The translations under genes and the position numbers were made by a program. A DNA stretch of 64,000 bases from Zygnema circumcarinatum SAG 698-1b (taxonomy: Eukaryota > Plantae > Zygnematophyceae), in contig CM074812.1 of assembly GCA_037447605.1 (NCBI GenBank), forward strand, positions 1,054,001 through 1,118,000, written 5' to 3'. Positions 56,095 through 64,000 of this stretch are shown piece after piece (the first letter of the stretch is position 1; every line of letters begins with the position of its first letter). The notes beneath the pieces were generated by a model. That model was not told the origin of the DNA, did not search any database, and saw nothing but the letters and a program-made list of their open reading frames with translations.

Positions 56095-58809
56095 TTAAGG
56101 CACTACTTGATCAAACGGCTTCTCACACTTAGGGGACCAGTCACTTTCAAAACTTCGAAGCGGGACAACGACCTGCTCATTCTCAGCAGATCGGACGAGG
56201 GGAGTAGGGTAAAACCCCTCCAACATTTTCGGCAGGGACTCCTTCAAGGCCTTGTCTGCTTCATCGAGACAGAGCTGCTTCACTTCTCGGAAACGTTCCT
56301 GTGAAAGAGAAACTTCTGCCAGCAGCCGCCAGGCATTCTCTTGTGTGGCCTGCTCATAGTCTTCTCTGCGCTTCAAGACAATATGGCCACTTATTTCCCA
56401 GACCGCCGGATTCACTTGGCAGTCGAGGAGCTCTTGGGGGACTTCATTGCGTGCCTGTTTCTCCGCAAAGCACTGCAACATATGCAACAGGGAAAGCGGG
56501 TCAGGTCACTAAAACCCTCTATCAACTTCGAATGGATGAACTTGAACAGATCTGTCAGTTGACAAAGCACACTAGTACATGGTAGCAGCTCAAGATCTAC
56601 ACAATAGTTATCTACCATTCGAACAACAGCAGCAGTAGAACCTCTCAAATTATGAAAACATATACTGAAGTGGCTCACCTGCGGCATCAGGAATACGCGT
56701 GCTCCGCGATCCGCAATGAGCAGATTGAATGGGATGTTGCGATGCTCCAAAGCTTGGCATGCCGCTGCAACGGCCACTGCTATTTCTTCGAGACTGTGCT
56801 CCACCTCATATACAAGGGCCCGAACAGGGTACTCCCGAAGACTAGAAATTTTCAGGCTGGCGTTTCTCCTCTTCTTGCAAATCTGTACAGTTGGTGCGCG
56901 CTCAATAGGGAATGGCGCGTCCAGATAGTACGCCTGTAAATCCAAGACAGAATTACTATGAGAAAGAGAGTTTCCCACAGATACAGCGAGAACACGGCGA
57001 GAAGGGGCGATTCGTGAGATCAGGTAAGGCTTCCCCTCTATCTGCTCGGCTTACCTGGAAGTGAAGCTGGTTTATGGTAGCGAATGCGCCCAAGCTGTTA
57101 TATCCAAGACGGAAGTATGGATTGTCAGCTTCTACCGCCATATGCAGCGCTAGCAGCAGAGTGTCTGCCTGAATGCGCTGCTGAAGGTAGTCAAGTACAC
57201 GAGGAACAAGAAGAACATGCCCATACTCAATGGGACTCACCTGCACATGACAAGGGAACAGATGTAAGATGGGACGCAGCATGGCCAAACCTATCACTTC
57301 TCATGTGCCTGTCAAATACCAATAACAACTCGCCCATTGTAATTTCTACTCAGCTTAACAAGAAGAAGAAGAAGCAAGTCTAACGGATGTAGGTTGTAAT
57401 GAATTGACTGAGTTACTGAGACTAGCTATTGGTGCGATCAGCCTTGCAGAGTAAATACAATGCTTGAGCTCATCAATGAACTCATTCGACAGAGAGGCTG
57501 CAACATCATGAAGGTTGCAAAACAATGAAGTTCGAAGAGCATACATTGATAACCACCACATTTGGACTCTCGGTGATGCTCGAGTTCTCATCATATGTGC
57601 TCTTTCCATCCTCGCTCTCCTCAAATCGGAAAAGGACTTCGTTCAACCCCACTTTTGTGAAATTGAACTTTGAACGGTCAAAGTCCTGGAGGACTTGATC
57701 AACCCTGAACTCAGTCGGGCGCTTCTTCAGATGCCTCCCCTCATTCAATTGGGCTACGAAGCCATACCTCCCCGGGAGAACCTGTTGATCAATACAGACA
57801 AGGAGTTTCAAATCAGAACGCTTCAAATTACTGTTGTACATCTGAACTCAACAAGGGGCCTCTCTACCTACTCAAATTACTCAGCTCGATGCAAAGAAGA
57901 GCCACTTGAATCGTTGAGGTGGAAATGATAACTGATAATGTCCAGGAAGAGGGATCAAGCAGATATCCTCTTCACTGCAACATTTGAGGAAGTCAAGTGT
58001 AAACTAACTCACTTTGGTCTCACAGGCAGTGACATCATATCGAAAAAGCCCTCGTTCCATGCGATCCTCCCACTGCCATCCAGAAACAGACCTGAACTCA
58101 TCAGCATACCTGCAGAGTACCCGAGCTCAACGAATAAGAAAAAATCGACCTCCACATTGACAGGCATTTCCTAACCTGAACTAAATTAGCCTTGATTCCA
58201 CTACAGAATGATAGTACATGAATAAGAATTCACATAGACTGAAAAACTAACCGGATACAAATAATCATATGATGAGCTACCTGGGCAAGGAGGAGAGAAT
58301 CCAAAAAGCTTTTCTCCTCGTCCTCAGAATCGCTCGAACCGTCGTTGCTTCCACCTTCGTCAGCATTATAAACGTCTGGGACTGTCTGAAGGTTGCCGAA
58401 CGAGCGGACCCGTTTAAATTTAATTGAAAACCGCCGCGCAAAGCTGTAGACAGGAAGTTTTGCCCCTACACCAGCAGCACAGACTCCAACGAGTGAGACT
58501 TCAATCATTGGAGAAACCTAATCAGCCAGGACGAGGGTGAAGTTTGAAGCGCCTATCCAAGCTACTAGTTGCAGAACTAACATCCCATCTGTGCCTTATG
58601 CTGCAGGCCGCAACCTGGCAGGCGGAGCAATAGGCCTGCTACTGCTACCACAGACTTCCAGAGAAACATGGCTGGCAAGCACAACGCAAAGCGGAAACGC
58701 GCATGAGCTCACCCAGTAAGCAGCAGGTTCCAAGGCAGTCCTTCCCACAGACCGCCGAGTCGTCCTGATTGAGTGAAAGAAGCGTCGGAACCCTCCGAAT
58801 GGTCAACAT
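56095..58809 (-). CDS. VTC2: GDP-L-galactose phosphorylase (ascorbate biosynthesis, HIT superfamily)
   Basis: Exons 58809-58713 (MLTIRRVPT...CGKDCLGTCC), 58465-58281 (GAKLPVY...FLDSLLLAQ), 58072-58013 (WEDRMERGLFRYDVTACETK), 57781-57545 (LNEGRHLKKRPTEFRVD), 57240-57055 (VSPIEYGHVLL...GYNSLGAFATINQLHFQ), 56933-56679, 56472-56095 (QVNPAVWEISGHIVLKR). Confidence 0.97.
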
Positions 58810-58843
58810 CGTGCCTCTCGTTCGTGTCCTCCTCTAACCTAAT

Positions 58844-59071
58844 CTAGCCCCTAACTCCGCTCCTGCAGGCTCTCTTGCAAGAGAGGAGCGCAGAGGAGAA
58901 GGACCAGCGACCCCCGCCCGCCAAATAGGTCAAGTCCGAAGGACAGCCCCCCTCCGACGGCGTAGCTCCCCTCCCCCCGTGTGCAGAGTGAGTGCTCAGC
59001 AAGCCCCTCTCTACGCCAAAGATGAGGTCATGGCGGTGGGGGCACACCCGCGGGCAGTGAAGAATCGCCGT
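58844..59071 (-). CDS. Conserved-peptide uORF of GGP/VTC2, initiated at the near-cognate codon ACG (75 aa)
   Basis: Context GACATC-ACG-GCG at 59071. The peptide contains HGGRGATPSEGGCPSDLTYLAGGG, matching the known plant GGP uORF core (HGGRGALPSEGGSPSDLLFLAGGG). TAG at 58846-58844, 34 nt before the main ATG. Confidence 0.92.
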   Translation of the reverse strand, partial: TAILHCPRVCPHRHDLIFGVERGLLSTHSAHGGRGATPSEGGCPSDLTYLAGGGRWSFSSALLSCKRACRSGVRG

Positions 59072-59280
59072 GATGTCAATGTGAGGGCACAGACCGGACC
59101 CAAGGGCCGGCCAGTGCAAGATATGGACGGGTCGACTCTCTCTCACTCCCGCTCTCCCCTCTCTCTTTCTACCTCACACCTCAGCCTTAAACTAATCCTT
59201 CAAGTTCGGATAGTCGAATCAGAATAGAGTGAGACTTCCTCCTGAATGCACAAACTTACTACAAACGCCCCCAGCTGTAA

Positions 59281-59288
59281 TATATATA
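59281..59288 (-). promoter_or_regulatory. Candidate TATA box of VTC2
   Basis: Minus-strand GCTATATATATTAC lies about 210 nt upstream of the uORF ACG and downstream of G-box motifs (CACGTGG at 59701, CACACGTGG near 60089). Confidence 0.5.
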
Positions 59289-59789
59289 GCAGCTGTTGGG
59301 AGGGAGAGCGAGAAGGAGGGAGGGAGGGAGCGAGGAAGAGGGTGTGGTAGTGACAGGAAGGCGGCAGGAGGCTTCCTGGTGGGCAGCGGCGCGGCGGCTG
59401 ATGGATGATGTACTGTGGGGGCCGCGGAACGGCGGATCCATGCGGGGAGCGTTCCGTTACGTACGCTCGTGCGATCCACCTGGCGTGACTGGTGGTCGGG
59501 AACCGGAGCGAAAGAAAAAGTACACGGCAAGTTTCGTTAGGGCGACTCGAATTTAACCAAATCGTACGGACCGTGGTAATTAGAAGAGGTCAACAGTCGC
59601 AAGGAAATCGCACTGTTTCAGAGTACTCGTCTCGACGTCGAATGCTTTGAAGTGAAAAGCTGGTGATATTCTGAGTTTGACGGGGCCTATCGGAGATTGA
59701 CACGTGGCGAGCGCGCAGCCGCGCGCGTCTGGTAGGCGCGTGCCTGCCGACGCGGCCGCCGGGCGGCCAAGGGCCAAAAGCGGAGATTG

Positions 59790-59947
59790 TTTTGACGGGA
59801 CCGCGGGCAAGGGCAGGCCCAAAAGAAGATTCCCGCGGGACGGGCATCGCAGAAAAGGAATTCGGTAGATTTTTTTGACGGGACCGCGGGCAGGGGCAGG
59901 CCCAAAAGAAGATTCCCGCGAGACGGGCATCACACAAAAGGAATTCG
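59790..59947 (+). repeat. 83-bp tandem duplication in the VTC2 upstream region
   Basis: GACGGGACCGCGGGCA(A/G)GGGCAGGCCCAAAAGAAGATTCCCGCG... starts at 59794 and again at 59877. Confidence 0.9.
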
Positions 59948-61240
59948 CATCATTCAGGGGCCGCCACGTCACTCACCGAGGCTCGACTCCAGGCAGACAA
60001 CGTGGCGAGATATGAGTGGCGGAGGGCGTGTGGCAGGACTGGCCCGGAAGTTTGAACGGGGGTGTGAATGTACGGCTGGCCGTACGTTCACACGTGGAAT
60101 CTCAACGGACGGAAGGGCGGGGAGGGTGGGGATGTACGAAGGATCGGGAATCGGATCTGAGTGAGCTGGCAGGCCACCTCAGACACGGCGGAAAGATCTT
60201 GAATTTTTGGACTCTAGCGGCCGCCCAGCGACGCTGGGGACCGTTAGGACTCCCGGGCAGGCCGCCTTTCAAGTTCGAGATTTCAAACTGAGAGTCAGTG
60301 TCGCGCTGGGCGTTCGCTGTTGTTAAAAACTGTCATGTGAACATGTGAAGGGGGTTTTATGTCATAAAACAGCGTTTTACAGCTCCAGTATCTGTACATA
60401 TAACCCGAGGAAGCAGTTACGAAGCCACAAATCATGCCATCATGGAGACGAACATGTGCGGGTCCTATCACAGAACCCGCGACCCGCTGCGTCGTCCAAT
60501 CATCGCTTACCACGTGGTCTCCGTCGATTGGCTCCGAGCTCGGCGGTCCTGCCGAGACGGTCGACGGCGCGGCACCGCTCCGGTCATCAGGGTGACACGT
60601 GGCGACCAACTATTGGTAAATCCCGTTTCCAGTCCGGTCCGCAATTGGTAGTGACTACCACGTTGGTACCACGTCATCGCCACGTCGGCAAGTCAAGCCA
60701 GCAAGGCAATCAGGAGCCGCCGACCTCATGACGAAGCTTCGGGGCAGAGGGCTGGCGCTTGGGCGTTTCAAGGCGGAAAGCGGAAATCGTGATATATCGC
60801 GAAATCGCCGTCGTATCGGATTTGATCGACAGGCGTTGCCGACCGTCACCTCTGGCAACGCCGGCAACTTTTGTCGATCTCACCACCGATACTCTGGTGA
60901 TATTGCGATACCTGAACATTATCACCATGTTTTCCCTTGGCTCTCCATGAGTTACTTACAAAACTGCTAACTTCGCTGAACTGTGACGTCGCCGCGTTCG
61001 CCGTAGCACAGAACTGTAACGACAGCATCTGTTGTCTTACAGCCTCGCTGTCCGTCGCGGCCGTCAAAGTACAACCGCCGCAAATTCCGCAGTCGGTCGG
61101 TGGCAGATCCGACGGCCGTACGGCGACAGAAAAATCGCGGCCAGTGGGCCCCCTTGAGGGCGGCCAGGGCTTCGTACGATCGTACACCTGTCCGTATTTT
61201 CAAACGTCCGTACGCACGTCCGCCGACCGTTTTGGGCCGT

Positions 61241-62060
61241 TGTAGCACGGATCCGCGCCCGGACGGATCCGCGCCCGTTCAGTTGTACTTGACATGTTCA
61301 TATTCAGTGTCACGGATCGGCCTGATCCAGGAATTGCCGACGGAAAATGTGAGACGGCGGCGCCATTTGTTGGCGGCCCACGGGACAGCAAACCATCCAG
61401 CTAGGCGCACTCGGAAGCGCCGCAAGATGCCGCCGATTGTCAGCAGTTGACCTATCCGAAGGCTCCACGCAGTCAGTCAGGCCACTCAGTGGGCAGTTGG
61501 CCAATCAGGGACTGTCACTACTAAGGCTCAAGATCTATTGTCAGTGTTAGGTAGATGGGATGTCAGTGATGCTTGTTTGTCTTTTAGTGCTGGGCTTAGT
61601 ATTTGTATTTGCTGTGTGGTTTGTTGTCTTGTTCTTCTCTTCTTCCTCTTCAGTTCCAGCAACAGATGCTAAGTGTGAGAGAGAGAGAGAGTTCCATGCC
61701 ATAGATAGAGAGAGAGAGAGAAAGAGTCTTCTTGCTGATAGCATTTAGACGTCCCATTCAGCCCAGCTAGACAAAGATTTCAGTGAGAAGATCCTTTCAT
61801 TGTAATGACTATCCCCAGCCAACCGCTGGCTGGGGTGACTTTCCAAAATACAACCTTTATCTAAGTTGAGTCCTGTTTTCCCTTTNNNNNNNNNNCGCTG
61901 CGCGTACCTCTGAATCTCCCGGATCCTGGCTCTATGCTGCAGGCAGACCCACAGGACCAACACAACCCTTCATCAGTTTCAGCACGGACGCGCGAGTGGC
62001 CGTACAGCACCTGCAACTAGCTCAGCAGTCTCCTCTTAACCCCACTTATCTTGTGCTACA
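61241..62060. mobile_element. Solo-LTR-like element, copy 2, inverted relative to copy 1 and containing an assembly gap
   Basis: Termini TGTAGCAC...GTGCTACA (perfect 8-bp inverted repeat). 4-bp TSD CCGT at 61237-61240 and 62061-62064. Reverse complement of 29911-30929, with the 10-N gap at 61886-61895 standing in for about 190 bp. Confidence 0.88.
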
Positions 62061-62224
62061 CCGTCGATGGTGCGGGACAGACTTCGCAAAATCGTACGAA
62101 ATACACTTCTGAAAACAGAGGGAGTACTTTTCTACAACTGGCGCGCTATTCCTTTGAGTACTCGCTCTGATTATAAACGTACGCAATGGACAACCGTACT
62201 GGGGATTTTATGTCTGCTAATCTC

Positions 62225-62770
62225 AACCGTTGAAATGGTTGGCAGTCAGGTCGGGACCCAACCAACCAATTGCCAATGGTTATAACTTTAATGGTTGGCA
62301 GCCATTGTGGTTGCCAACCAATGTTTGGCGTCCCAGCAAACCATTTTCACACTGGTCGCGAACCATAGGCGTGGGACCCAGCCAACCATTGCGAATGGTT
62401 GGCAACCATTGGCATTGGGGTCGGACACAAATCAGTTCACTGCCAATGAACCCATTGCTCAAGGATTCAAAATATTTTTTCGCGAAAACTTTCAGTTGCT
62501 ATTAATCGTAATCAGCGGAATAATGGTCAGAGCGAATGAAGGGCAAATTCAGAGTCAGGTCAGGTCAGAGCACGTCGCTCCATCGAATGTACGACGAGGC
62601 TTCATTACTGTACCAGTCGGCCGCAATTTTGAACTTTCTAAGCAAATGTGCCATGATTTGAACCATTTGATGGGCGGGTAGGTACTGGTTGGAACCAATC
62701 GATGTACCATTCCAATGGTTGTTCGCCCAACCATTGGTTTCCCAACCATTGCCATCCACTGGCTGGACGT
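62225..62770. repeat. Degenerate array of TGGTTG(G/C)CAACCA / CCAACCATTG repeats, related to the 49666-50529 element
   Basis: Same core motifs, and a similar CCAACCATTGCCATCCA(C/A)TGG end block. Confidence 0.65.
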
Positions 62771-62989
62771 CGGAGAAGCCCCTCGTTCCGAAGTCTGGCA
62801 TGACATCACATTACATGGACACCGCAACACATGGCATCGCATTGCGTCAAAGTGAGCCGTGCGCCATCCCATCACACATCGCGAAGGAGCAGCTCTCAGC
62901 CACTCATTCCATACAAAAGCTTCCTTCCCATTTCTCAAAGTCGTGCAATCTCTGCCTACTTCAGTCGAGCTGCTGCAAAGGCACGCCCT

Positions 62990-63970
62990 ACTATGCTTGT
63001 TATTGACATGGCCCCTTTGGGACATATCCTCCTCCTCCTCCTATCTCCAACCCTTCCCCCTCCCCCTATCATGCAGCCACCTCCTGAAGAGCCTTCGCAA
63101 GAAGGTCGACCGTTGGGCCCAACATGTTGGGCATCATCCAAGTGAGCACCACCACAGGAGCCACGTGGGGCATTCCTCCTCTCAGCTTCTCCAAAGTGCT
63201 CAGTGCGTCTGTCAATGGCGCTACACCCGGAATGTCAAACCACCTCAGAATGCATGCAAGCAAGTTGCTGCGAGCCGCCGCTCCTCTCCCGAGCCTCTCC
63301 CAGACCTTGAATCCCGTCGTGGGTGACAGGGACAAGCCTGCAATGTAGTCCGCCAACAGCCCTTTCTGAACGGATTCTCCCTCAGCCATGGCTGCCTTGG
63401 AAGCAGTAAGATTCGTCTTCGTGGAACTCAGGGCATGATTGGTCAGGACGTCTTCTACGGAAACCGCCAGCATGGAAAGCCATGTGCTCTGCACCAATTC
63501 AGGAGTACGATGCGGCACATTGCTGCTACCACTACTCGTACTCAACATCATCTTCATTGCCTGCAGCAGCCCATCGCATGAAAAGTCTCATCATGTTGGA
63601 ACAGAGACTGACATTCAAGAGCAAAATATCTTAAGGTCCAAGCTATTGTCTTCATATCTTTTATGGTAATCAAGGGAGCAATGAGGACCTCCCTCCAAAC
63701 CCTCCTACAAATAGCCATACAGAGACAAGGAGGCTTGCCTTCACGTTCCAAGCAGCGAGTGAAGGAGGCCACAAAGCACCCGTTACACCACCTCTGCCCT
63801 CAGCACAGTCTATAATGCTTTCAGCGAAGGAGTACAAAGTCAAGTACACCTGCATCCAACAAACCACCAGCAGCACTTTCCAAAATGAATAGATGAGGCA
63901 TTCTTCCACTTCCTGAGTTTCCACTGAAAAATATCGCACTCGCCAAACATGCCTTGTGAATGAATTCACA
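62990..63970 (-). pseudogene. Decayed, stop-interrupted coding remnant, possibly retrotransposon gag-derived
   Basis: A 162-aa open stretch (63557-63069) and adjacent broken frames, with no splice-consistent gene model. Only a weak resemblance to gag (YIAGL, KVWERL). Confidence 0.25.
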
Positions 63971-64000
63971 AGTGAGGCACGCGGAATTCTTACACTCAGA

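Noticed and set aside
58844-59146. ORF-track start of the VTC2 uORF at 59146
   Set aside because: That start is a GTG chosen by the ORF caller. The conserved context and homology begin at the ACG at 59071.

Overview
Intron-rich eukaryotic nuclear DNA from a green plant. A streptophyte alga or early-diverging land plant is my inference from the gene set and the GT-AG introns; the species cannot be determined. The supplied unspliced ORF track is mostly uninformative, so I rebuilt gene models by hand from splice sites and reading phase. Ten protein-coding genes are supported: GH51 alpha-L-arabinofuranosidase (-, runs off the window start), a BAT1-like APC amino-acid permease (+), a SYP13-type syntaxin (-), a KANSL1/NSL1-like PEHE-domain chromatin protein (+), SR45 (+), a DUF538 protein (+), glutathione synthetase GSH2 (-), a plastid sigma factor of SIG2 type (+), HEI10 (-) and GDP-L-galactose phosphorylase VTC2/GGP (-). 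VTC2 carries its conserved ACG-initiated upstream ORF. Intergenic space holds small non-autonomous elements with verifiable target-site duplications: hAT-type MITEs, two copies of a ~1 kb TG..CA solo-LTR-like element with 4-bp TSDs, a 145-bp mini solo LTR and palindromic foldback arrays. There are also minisatellites, very long intronic (CT)n tracts and telomere-like motifs. Most notable: (1) the NSL1-like protein, which appears to join an uncharacterised plant motif set to WIN and PEHE modules and carries a 14-aa GKGK repeat tail; (2) the non-AUG GGP uORF, together with a QLHFQ variant of the HIT motif; (3) a probable U12-type intron and a GC-AG intron in HEI10; (4) a nested MITE/solo-LTR locus whose own empty-site copy lies next to it; (5) an APC permease that has lost both substrate-site glycines. 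There are four 10-N assembly gaps (14216-14225, 37934-37943, 40639-40648, 61886-61895). Family assignments rest on recalled motif similarity, not database searches.
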